From: an uncultured Syntrophomonadaceae bacterium
GTDB lineage: Bacteria; Bacillota; Dethiobacteria; DTU022
Direction of reading: 5' to 3'
DNA length: 64,000 nt
NCBI GenBank assembly: GCA_964627855.1
Contig: CAZVLE010000098.1
Location: forward strand, 15,160 to 79,159
Of the stretch, positions 46,916 to 55,153 are shown piece by piece (the first letter of the stretch is position 1; each line of letters begins with the position of its first letter). Below the pieces are notes generated by a model. It worked only from the letters and a program-made list of their open reading frames with translations, was not told the DNA's origin and searched no databases. The position numbers and the translations under genes were made by a program.

Positions 46916-48004
46916 TTGAATGAAATAGAAAGGGCTCTAATGCATGGTCTTTTTGTCCATTTACATCATAATATTGATCAAGCAATCGACTTCAGCATTT
47001 TTAAGGAATTAAACAGGCAGGTTAGTAAAGTTTCGCCCGGTAGTTTATTGATTGGCCCTGATGCCAATGACGATGCTGCTGTTTTTCAGATGCCTGGAGA
47101 CAACGGTCTATGCGTTGCTAAGATGGAGAGCCATTGCTCTCCCTGTGTACCACGCCCCTATGACAGCGCAGCGACAGGAGCTGGTGGAGCAATGCGAGAT
47201 GTAGTTGCCATGGGGGGGCGTCCCTTGTTTTTACTGGATTTTATCGGTACAAGGCCCTTAGATGAAAAAGTTCTGGTTGGCCCATGCGGCTTTAATGGTG
47301 AATGCAGTTGCGGTCAATGCGAAACGATGACCAGCGGTGACAGGATCAACCTGATCGTCAAGGGTATTAGAGATATGTGTGAAGCTATGAGTGTATTTGT
47401 CGTCGGTGGAGGTCTTTCGACATCTTTTAGCGATATTGTTCCTGCGGTAGTAGCTGCAGTTATTGGAAGGTTGGTTGCTGAAAAGCCGCTGACCAAACCG
47501 GCAAAAAATGCCGGTGATCGCTTAATTATCCTTGGAGAAACCGGTAATGATGGAAACGACACCCTCTATCGGGCCGGCCTGGCCAAGGTGATGCGTCCGG
47601 CAAAAGCTTTATTTGATGAAGAGAGAGCAACCATGGAAGCAGCTCTGGCTGCAGTTAAAACTGCTAAAATTAACGCCTGTTCAGATCTTGGTGCTGCCGG
47701 TATCGGTGCTGCCGTCAGTGAATCCGTGCGTTTCGGCGGCTTAGGGGCTGAGATTGACCTTTCACTGGTACCAGTTAAAATAGATGGGTTAACCCCTGAA
47801 GAAACCTTAATTTGTGAAACACAGGCTCGCATGCTTTTCCAGGTTGCACCTGAACACTGTGCAGAAGTAATTGAAGCAGCAGCAGCACAGGGAGTAGCCA
47901 CCGCTGACATCGGAGAAATCACTTCTGACAAAAAAGCGGTTTTTTATTATGATGGGAGAGAAGTAGCTTCCATCCCACATGAACTACCGAAGAATTTCTT
48001 TTAG
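46916..48004 (+). CDS. AIR-synthase-related (PurM-fold) protein with Cys-rich insert
   Basis: GPDANDDAAVF and GGAMRDVVAMGGRP are PurM/ThiL/HypE-superfamily motifs. TTG start 7 nt after GAGGAGGG. Confidence 0.7.
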   Translation: MNEIERALMHGLFVHLHHNIDQAIDFSIFKELNRQVSKVSPGSLLIGPDANDDAAVFQMPGDNGLCVAKMESHCSPCVPRPYDSAATGAGGAMRDVVAMGGRPLFLLDFIGTRPLDEKVLVGPCGFNGECSCGQCETMTSGDRINLIVKGIRDMCEAMSVFVVGGGLSTSFSDIVPAVVAAVIGRLVAEKPLTKPAKNAGDRLIILGETGNDGNDTLYRAGLAKVMRPAKALFDEERATMEAALAAVKTAKINACSDLGAAGIGAAVSESVRFGGLGAEIDLSLVPVKIDGLTPEETLICETQARMLFQVAPEHCAEVIEAAAAQGVATADIGEITSDKKAVFYYDGREVASIPHELPKNFF

Positions 48005-48084
48005 CCTGCCTTTTGAAAGTATGTAGTTTGTCTAACCATGATAACCTCTAATAAAAAGCTGGATGTGAGGAGGTTGAAAATTGT

Positions 48085-48597
48085 ATGAACCCTAAAGTAG
48101 TCATAATACCACTGGTATTCTTCATTATGATCATATCAGTAGTTACATTGTTTGGATCAAGATCAACAATACAACCCAGGCAAACTGATCTGGCTCAGCA
48201 AACAGTTGTTGAAGAAGAGGTTGAAAAAGTAAGCACTATCGCCTGGGGAGACGGGGGAACTTATAGCGGAATGCTTGAAGATGGAAAACCACATGGTAAG
48301 GGAAAGTGGCTCCACCCTGATGGTTATTACTATGATGGAGAATGGATAAACGGTGATATGGCAAATCCGGAAAAAATGATCATGCCGGATGGGAAGCCTT
48401 TCACACCAATTTCCCCTGGTTCTGATGAAGACATTAAAATAGGGGAAGAATTACTAGTTATACCGGGGATGTATGACTTTAAAGAATCTGTCAAAGAAGA
48501 AATTGAACAGAGAATAACCGATAGCCAGGATAAAATTAAAATTCCTGTTATACCTGAACACAAAATAGATTTTGACCTGGATAAGTTTTTATACTGA
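48085..48597 (+). CDS. membrane-anchored MORN-repeat protein
   Basis: N-terminal TM (VVIIPLVFFIMIISVVTLF) followed by GGTYSGMLEDGKPHGKGKWLHPDGYYYDGEWINGDM. Confidence 0.7.
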   Translation: MNPKVVIIPLVFFIMIISVVTLFGSRSTIQPRQTDLAQQTVVEEEVEKVSTIAWGDGGTYSGMLEDGKPHGKGKWLHPDGYYYDGEWINGDMANPEKMIMPDGKPFTPISPGSDEDIKIGEELLVIPGMYDFKESVKEEIEQRITDSQDKIKIPVIPEHKIDFDLDKFLY

Positions 48598-48812
48598 CAT
48601 AAACCATGCAACAGTAAAATCTTATTTCAATATATTTTTCAGTGAACTAATCGTCAACCGACACACACACTATTCTGAGTTACTAAATTTTTTATGCTCG
48701 ATACAGATATAATAATGGCAGGATTAGCTGATGATTTGTCAAATACTATTGAGAAAGCCCGGAATAAAATAACGGGGATAGATATATAGTTCTAACATTG
48801 GGGTGAGATTAA

Positions 48813-50612
48813 ATGGATTACAAGGAGCTGTGCATAAACTGCTTTGCAATACAAGGTGATGCTAAAATATGTCCTAAATGCGGGTATCATGGAGAGGAAG
48901 AGAGCGGACCAACACCATACCTGAAACCAGGCACTATTCTGGAAAATAAATATCTGATCGGTCAAATCCTCGGTCAGGGAGGGTTCGGTATTACATACCT
49001 GGCCTGGGATATAAACCTGGGTGTCAAGCTGGCTATCAAAGAGTACTTTCCACAACAATTTGCAGCCCGTGAAAACGGCAAGACCATGGTTAGCATTTTT
49101 TCAGGCAGCCTTGGCAATCATTATAGCTACGGGCTCGAAAAATTTCTACTGGAAGCACGAACACTGGCCCAGTTTGAAGGCCACCCCAACATAGTTTCAG
49201 TTCGTGATTACTTTCAGGCTAACAATACCGCCTATTTTGTCATGAGCTATGTTGAAGGTTTAACTCTCAAAGAATACCTTAACAATGCCGGGGGAACAAT
49301 ACCTTACCAACAGGCAAAAAATCTGATTATGCCGGTACTGGACGCCCTTAAAGCAGTTCATGCAGTTAATGTTCTGCACCGTGATATTAGCCCTGATAAT
49401 ATCTTTATTAACGAAAAAGGACAGATTGTGCTATTGGATTTTGGCTCAGCCCGTCAGGCATTCTCCGATAAAGGGAAAAGTCTCTCCATCATACTTAAAC
49501 CTGGGTATGCCCCTGAAGAACAATACCGCAGTAAAGGAAACCAGGGACCATGGACTGACATTTACGCATTAGCCGCTACCCTGTATCGTCTTATAACCGG
49601 CTGGCAACCCCCTGAAGCCCTTGAACGTTTAACCGATGATAAGCTTGTGCCACCCAGCCGAATTGGCGCGGATATTGATGAAACTGAAGAACAGGCTATT
49701 TTAAAAGCTCTGTCAGTACGAGCTGAGGATCGCTATCAAAGAGTGGAGGACTTCCAAGCAGCCCTTTTGGGAGGTGAAAAACCAGCAGGCTTTGTCCCTC
49801 CCCCAATTCAACCGGAACAGCCTGACCGGATGGTAAGCGAACCTTCACCTTCAATAGAAACACAACCACCTCCTTTAGGATATGCTACCCCCCCTGTAGA
49901 GCCGAAAGGCGATAAAAAAAAGATCGCCGGCATTTTAATAGGCTTGGCAGCACTACTAATCGCAGGCATAGCAATCCTGGCCCTGGTATCATCAGGGCTG
50001 CTGTCTGAACAGCCAGCTGCCCTAGTTGAAGAACCGGAGGAAACAATTGAAAACGTTGAAGAAGCAGCCGAAATAGAGGCAATAACTGAAGAGGAAGATG
50101 AAATTATAACTGATGAGGACGATCTAGAATTGATCGAAGAAATTGTTGAAGATACAGAAGAAGTTGCTGCTAGTGAAGAGACAGTAACCCCTGCTAAAGC
50201 AGAAGAAACCCCTAGCGAAGCTCCGGTAGCCGTGGTTGAAGAAATCACAGACACCAGCGGACTGATCGAAGGAGTAGTAACCCTTCAGGGAGGAACCTAC
50301 ACAGGCCAGTTATTGAACGGTAAACCACACGGGACTGGTATGTGGTTGGATCATACCGGAAATAAATACTTTGGTCAGTGGAAAGACGGTGCACCAAATG
50401 GACCTGGTGAAAGAAGCTGGGCTAATGGTGATTTTTATAAAGGCTCTGTGGCTAACTGGAAACCACATGGACATGGTACCATGATCTGGGCGGACGGCTT
50501 GAAATATGAAGGCGGCTTCAAAAACGGCCTGCGACACGGCATGGGAAAACTAATCTATCCTGACGGAAAAATAAGAGAATACGAGTGGCACGAAGGCGAA
50601 GTTAAAAATTGA
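48813..50612 (+). CDS. Hanks-type Ser/Thr protein kinase: N-terminal zinc ribbon, one TM, acidic linker, C-terminal MORN repeats
   Basis: CINCF...CPKCGY; GQGGFG, AIKEY, HRDISPDN, DFG and APEE; TM IAGILIGLAALLIAGIAILALV; a ~70-aa E/D-rich linker; four MORN repeats (GGTYTGQLLNGKPHGTG ...). Confidence 0.85.
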   Translation: MDYKELCINCFAIQGDAKICPKCGYHGEEESGPTPYLKPGTILENKYLIGQILGQGGFGITYLAWDINLGVKLAIKEYFPQQFAARENGKTMVSIFSGSLGNHYSYGLEKFLLEARTLAQFEGHPNIVSVRDYFQANNTAYFVMSYVEGLTLKEYLNNAGGTIPYQQAKNLIMPVLDALKAVHAVNVLHRDISPDNIFINEKGQIVLLDFGSARQAFSDKGKSLSIILKPGYAPEEQYRSKGNQGPWTDIYALAATLYRLITGWQPPEALERLTDDKLVPPSRIGADIDETEEQAILKALSVRAEDRYQRVEDFQAALLGGEKPAGFVPPPIQPEQPDRMVSEPSPSIETQPPPLGYATPPVEPKGDKKKIAGILIGLAALLIAGIAILALVSSGLLSEQPAALVEEPEETIENVEEAAEIEAITEEEDEIITDEDDLELIEEIVEDTEEVAASEETVTPAKAEETPSEAPVAVVEEITDTSGLIEGVVTLQGGTYTGQLLNGKPHGTGMWLDHTGNKYFGQWKDGAPNGPGERSWANGDFYKGSVANWKPHGHGTMIWADGLKYEGGFKNGLRHGMGKLIYPDGKIREYEWHEGEVKN

Positions 50613-50687
50613 CAGAATATCAGCATCAGGCATTAAAGAATACGATGCATTGGATTATCTGATAGAATACAATATTTCTAAATTTTT

Positions 50688-50761
50688 TATGGGCAGCGCG
50701 GGGGCATAGGAACAACCGTACTCTTGAACTATAACTGAGCAGTTACATTTGCCTTAATATT
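50688..50761 (+). repeat. intergenic repeat family, 3'-module copy
   Basis: The 60 nt starting at TATGGGCAGC match 47/60 ungapped with 53942-54001. The 3' flank CATTTGCCTTAATATT is identical to 13439-13454. Confidence 0.6.
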
Positions 50762-50774
50762 GTTTGAATGAGGA

Positions 50775-51563
50775 ATGATCAAAATGCACGGAGAGGATCT
50801 ATTGAAGCCAGGTTATTGTGACTACCTACCCCTGCCGGATCTGCTAAAAGCCGAAAATCTTCTTGTTGTACAACCTCACCCTGATGACCTGGAAATTGGT
50901 GCCGGTGCTACTGTAGCCCGTATGGCCCAGGCTGGAACAAAAGTTACCTGCATCACGGTCACCGATGGCTCTGTAGGCACTTACAATCCTAACATCAAAC
51001 CGGAAGCGCTGGTAACGACAAGGCGCAAAGAAGCAACAGACTCTGCCGCCATTCTGGGCATTGATAACTTGCAATGGCTTGATTACCCGGATGGCGGTAC
51101 ACTACCTTACGAAAAGGTTAGGGCTGATTTAACCCGTGTTATCCGCACGATTAAGCCAGACGCCATATTGGTTTGTGATCCCTGGTTGCCATACGAAGTC
51201 CATACTGATCATATTCGCACAGGCCTGGCCGCGGCTGAAGCAGGTTTTCTTTCGAACATGCCCCTGTTTTGCCCCGAAGATCTAAATAGTGGCCTGGAAC
51301 CTCATGGGATCGACTGCTTTGCCTTCTACTATACTGCTTATCCAAACACAGTTATTGATGTAAGTGAATCATGGGATAAAAAACTGCGGGCCATTGATTG
51401 TCATAAAAGTCAGTTTTCCAATGATCAGGCAGAAATGTTGAAAGCTTTTTTAACAGCCAAAGCCAGAGAACAAGCTGCAGGAATTGATTGCTCCCTTGTT
51501 GAGTCGTTCAAAGTTTTATCTGCTCTTCATCTGCATATTTTTGAGCAAGCATGGCAGTGCTAA
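50775..51563 (+). CDS. PIG-L/LmbE-family deacetylase
   Basis: VVQPHPDDLEIGAG and HTDH motifs. The ATG at 50784 is better spaced from the GAGGA SD than the one at 50775. Confidence 0.8.
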   Translation: MIKMHGEDLLKPGYCDYLPLPDLLKAENLLVVQPHPDDLEIGAGATVARMAQAGTKVTCITVTDGSVGTYNPNIKPEALVTTRRKEATDSAAILGIDNLQWLDYPDGGTLPYEKVRADLTRVIRTIKPDAILVCDPWLPYEVHTDHIRTGLAAAEAGFLSNMPLFCPEDLNSGLEPHGIDCFAFYYTAYPNTVIDVSESWDKKLRAIDCHKSQFSNDQAEMLKAFLTAKAREQAAGIDCSLVESFKVLSALHLHIFEQAWQC

Positions 51564-51653
51564 ATAATATTGATTTTTTTCCGGCCTGAAAATCTTATCA
51601 TAGAAAGAAGAACAATAATTTGATGGGATTTTTATTTATTAATAACCATTCAA

Positions 51654-52319
51654 CTAATCGTCTCCACCGGAAAAACGATCACTGGTCAATTGAAGCTGAA
51701 AAATATAATTATAAATTGTTTCCATCACGTTGTCAGTTAGATCCTGGTAATCAATAGCCAGACCCACCATGCCTTTTTCACTTATGCTGTCAGTCCTGAT
51801 AATTTTCCCTTTAACGATTATATCTGGTTCGCCTGGCATGCTTATAGACAAATTCAAAACGAGGCCTTCCTTGATTACCGGTTGTAATTCCGTCAGGGCA
51901 TAGCAACCCGTTAAAGAAAAGTCATTTACGCGACCAGAACCTTTCAGTTCACCTGCCCTGTATTTAAAGGGAAGATCTACGGCAAAACGGGAGAAGCGGC
52001 GAAGTGATGTTTTGTTAATTTTTTTAGGTTTGCTGCAAACAAGCAAAGGTGTTTTCCCCTGGCGAACTTCAATCACAAACACATTGGTCACGTAAGCTTC
52101 TTTCTTGTGATCATCAATCCTCCTCAGTGTTAATTCCTGGCTTTCCCGAAAAGATACAGGACTATTGTCTACAATGGGTGCATGCAAAACTAGATAAGTT
52201 CCTTCAAGATCTTCTAAACGAGAACTAGATTTTTTTACAAATCCATAGTCATCTACATACTCAAGAGTAACCCGGCAACCGGGTGGGAAAACTTTTTCAA
52301 TCATTTCCGCCTGTGTCAT
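51654..52319 (-). CDS. PilZ-domain (c-di-GMP-binding, YcgR-like) protein
   Basis: The C-terminal half has RRFSRF (RxxxR) and DFSLTG (D/NxSxxG) PilZ motifs. The N-terminal half resembles a PilZN-like barrel. Confidence 0.7.
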   Translation of the reverse strand: MTQAEMIEKVFPPGCRVTLEYVDDYGFVKKSSSRLEDLEGTYLVLHAPIVDNSPVSFRESQELTLRRIDDHKKEAYVTNVFVIEVRQGKTPLLVCSKPKKINKTSLRRFSRFAVDLPFKYRAGELKGSGRVNDFSLTGCYALTELQPVIKEGLVLNLSISMPGEPDIIVKGKIIRTDSISEKGMVGLAIDYQDLTDNVMETIYNYIFQLQLTSDRFSGGDD

Positions 52320-52404
52320 CGCTTCAGCCTCCTTTTTTTGACTTCTCCAAATAGAGTAAAATTCCTGCTTATTTTGTATCGCACTTTTGAAAAGATATTA
52401 AATT

Positions 52405-53751
52405 CTATCTCAAAGGTATCCCCTGGCTTTTTAGTTCCCGGCTTAGTAAAAGATAAGTAACCAGAAAAGCCAGCAAATCGCTAACGGGCCTCGAAAGCCA
52501 GACTCCATCCAAACCTAATAAGAAACTGAAAGTTATCAGCAGCGGTATAAAAAGTATTACTTCTCGCAAAATTGAGAGCACTAAAGATGGCATGCCTTTG
52601 CCGATCCCCTGGAAGTAAGTGGCAAAAACCACCTGGGCGCCGACAAGGGGGAACATAATCACCATGATTCGCAAAGCATGACTCCCTAACTCGATCAATT
52701 CAGGTTCCCTGGTAAAAATGCTTAGCAAGTGGTCAGGCCAAATATAATAGACGATACCAAAAAAAGATGCGATGATGACACTTATCATAACCCCCTTAAT
52801 TAAGGCTTCACGAATACGAAGCATTTTACCAGAACCAAAGTTGAAACCAATAATCGGCATCAGGCCCTGTGCGATACCAACAACCGGCATCAGGGCAAAC
52901 ATGAAAAGGCGAAAGATTAATCCTAAAGCAGCAATAGCGAGATACCCATGTGCAGCAAGAATGTTGTTGGCAATGATAAGGGACATATTGGTTGATATTT
53001 GCAGCACCATTGCCGGAAACCCGATGATGTAAATTTTGCGGATAATATCGTAACTGGGCAAAAGACAGCGCAGGGTTATCTTGATTTCACCTTTACCGGA
53101 AAGAAAATAGTGGAGCATGACAGCCACGCCAACAATCTTGGCCAAAACAGTAGCTACTGCAGCGCCCCGGACACCCATTCCGAGCAAAAAAATAAAAATT
53201 GGATCAAGGACGATATTTATTACTGCTGAAATAACCATCACATACATTGAGAGCTTTGGGTTGCCTTCTCCCCTGACCACATTATTAAGACCCATGATCA
53301 GAAAAAACATCGCCGACCCTGAGGTGATGACAACTACATAATCACCGGTCAAAACCAATATTTCAGGGGTAGCACCGAAAAACAATAGAAGATGTTCAAG
53401 AAAATAAAAACCGGCCAAAGCAAATAGGATGCCATAAAATAACGAAAGGCTGATAACCTGTCCAACTGCCCGTGTTGCCACATCCCTTTGTCCCGCACCA
53501 AGCGAACGGGAAATCAATGATGCAGCACCGACACCTGTCCCGATACCAAGCGCCCCCAGGAGCATCTGGAAGGGGAAGGCAATTGAAAGAGCGGCTATTG
53601 CTTCACTCCCCAGCATGCCGACAAAAATTGTATCGACAATATTATAGGTGGCCATAACCAGCATGCCGGTCGTGGCAGGCAGAGAAAACTTTAACAATAG
53701 CTTACCGATACTTTCTTCGCCCATCTGAGCAGCTTGATTATGTACCGCCAT
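52405..53751 (-). CDS. MATE-family efflux transporter
   Basis: 12 TM segments and the typical MATE start IGKLLLKFSLPATTGML. The ATG at 53751 follows GGGAGGGAG; the track start at 53826 is probably too long. Confidence 0.85.
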   Translation of the reverse strand: MAVHNQAAQMGEESIGKLLLKFSLPATTGMLVMATYNIVDTIFVGMLGSEAIAALSIAFPFQMLLGALGIGTGVGAASLISRSLGAGQRDVATRAVGQVISLSLFYGILFALAGFYFLEHLLLFFGATPEILVLTGDYVVVITSGSAMFFLIMGLNNVVRGEGNPKLSMYVMVISAVINIVLDPIFIFLLGMGVRGAAVATVLAKIVGVAVMLHYFLSGKGEIKITLRCLLPSYDIIRKIYIIGFPAMVLQISTNMSLIIANNILAAHGYLAIAALGLIFRLFMFALMPVVGIAQGLMPIIGFNFGSGKMLRIREALIKGVMISVIIASFFGIVYYIWPDHLLSIFTREPELIELGSHALRIMVIMFPLVGAQVVFATYFQGIGKGMPSLVLSILREVILFIPLLITFSFLLGLDGVWLSRPVSDLLAFLVTYLLLSRELKSQGIPLR

Positions 53752-53865
53752 TATGACTCCCTCCCGGCGCTTAGCCTTCCATAGCAGACATGGCTCTATT
53801 CTATTCTTTATATCAATAAGGGACAAGGCTTGTAACTAAACTATAAAAAGTATGTAAATGCTCAG

Positions 53866-54012
53866 CCTGGAATATGACAATAATGATTACCCCTTCCAAG
53901 GTATCCACGCTGCCCATAAATTCGTAGGACCAGCTTAAGTATATGGGCAGCCCGGGCACTTTTGAACAGCCATACCCTTAAACTATAGCTGAACAGTTAT
54001 AATAATATTATC
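53866..54012 (+). repeat. intergenic repeat family, longest copy (5' module + hairpin insert + 3' module)
   Basis: See the findings. It contains a 10-bp inverted repeat, GCTGCCCATA (53909-53918) / TATGGGCAGC (53942-53951). Confidence 0.6.
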
Positions 54013-54095
54013 TCAAGGCAGACTTGGATGCAGGATTATAACAATTTGTGGCAAATTTTTGTTATGGGAATAAATTAATCTTCGGAGGCTAAATA

Positions 54096-54749
54096 TTGGC
54101 AGGACCATATCTGAACGTCATCTTTGACCTGGATGGAACATTGACAGACTCTGCCCCGGGAGTAACCAGGTCAGTGCAATATGCCCTAAAAAAATTTGCT
54201 ATTGAGGCCGAGGCGGACCAACTGGAAGCATTTGTCGGACCACCATTGCAGCAGTCATTTCAAAAATTTTACGGTTTCAGTGAAGAAGATGCCGTTAAAG
54301 CAGTTTCTTATTATCGTGAATACTACAGCAAGATCGGAATATATGAAAACCGCCTCTATAGCGGTATCCGCCCCTTGCTGCAAAATTTGAAAAGTGGTAG
54401 CAAAAAACTTTATATAGCCACTTCGAAGCCAACTATATTTGCAAAAAAGGTTCTGGCGCATTTTGAAATTGATTGTTTTTTTAGCATGATAGTCGGTAGT
54501 AACCTTGACGGAACCAGGGTCAACAAGGCAGAGATTCTGGAATACCTGATTCAGCAACTCAATACTATGGACCTGAATAAGACAGTGATGGTCGGTGACC
54601 GCAAATATGATATTATCGGAGCTCATGTCAGCAACCTGGATTCAATTGCAGTCACTTACGGCTATGGTTCTCGGGAAGAATTATCTGCGGAAGCGCCAAC
54701 TATAATCATTAATTCGGTTTCTGAATTACAAAATTTTTTAATACACTAA
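54096..54749 (+). CDS. HAD-superfamily hydrolase (phosphoglycolate phosphatase/PGP-like)
   Basis: Motif I FDLDGTLTDS, motif II ATSK and motif III/IV GDRKYD. TTG start 7 nt after GGAGG. Confidence 0.8.
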   Translation: MAGPYLNVIFDLDGTLTDSAPGVTRSVQYALKKFAIEAEADQLEAFVGPPLQQSFQKFYGFSEEDAVKAVSYYREYYSKIGIYENRLYSGIRPLLQNLKSGSKKLYIATSKPTIFAKKVLAHFEIDCFFSMIVGSNLDGTRVNKAEILEYLIQQLNTMDLNKTVMVGDRKYDIIGAHVSNLDSIAVTYGYGSREELSAEAPTIIINSVSELQNFLIH

Positions 54750-54803
54750 CCTGAACAAAATGTTGACAGATACCCGCCCTAATTTATTGATATAATTAGG
54801 GTG

Positions 54804-54838
54804 TTGTCTATTTATACTGTTATTATGTATAATAACAG
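54804..54838 (+). promoter_or_regulatory. putative promoter with overlapping perfect 10-bp inverted repeat (operator) for the moaD-like/aor operon
   Basis: TTGTCT (54804-09), 18 nt, TATAAT (54828-33). The repeat CTGTTATTAT-gt-ATAATAACAG (54817-54838) spans the -10 element. Confidence 0.35.
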
Positions 54839-54868
54839 GTATATTAACAGATAAGGAGCTCGAGCCAA

Positions 54869-55114
54869 ATAGCAGAATCAATCACTATTAGATTATATCT
54901 TCCTCCCTACCTTAAAATTGTTCAGATAAATGAAGAAGGGCTGGCAAAAATCAAAGCAGGATCGACTTTAGGTGATCTTTTCAAACTGCTTAAAATCCCT
55001 TTCCCTACGGGTATCATTCATCTTTGCCGCGTTAATTATCAAAAGGAAAGTCTAAATTACAAACTAAAAGAAGGCGATACGGTCAGTTTTTTCTCGCTAA
55101 TTTCAGGAGGTTAA
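54869..55114 (+). CDS. MoaD/ThiS-family ubiquitin-like sulfur-carrier protein (no canonical start codon)
   Basis: Open frame ending ...KEGDTVSFFSLISGG*; ITIRLYLPPYLK is the first beta-strand. SD AAGGAG at 54853-58; the best-placed start is ATA at 54869. Not in the ORF track. Confidence 0.55.
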   Translation: MAESITIRLYLPPYLKIVQINEEGLAKIKAGSTLGDLFKLLKIPFPTGIIHLCRVNYQKESLNYKLKEGDTVSFFSLISGG

Positions 55115-55153
55115 CTTACTTAATCTGCCTTCCTAAGAAATGAGGCATCTTTT

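Noticed and set aside
53964-53978. The reverse complement of CATACCCTTAAAC gives GTTTAAGGGTATG, which contains both SigB-type boxes (GTTTAA and GGGTAT).
   Set aside because: The two boxes are contiguous instead of 12-15 nt apart and point away from any suitably placed gene. The motif is not conserved in the other repeat copies.
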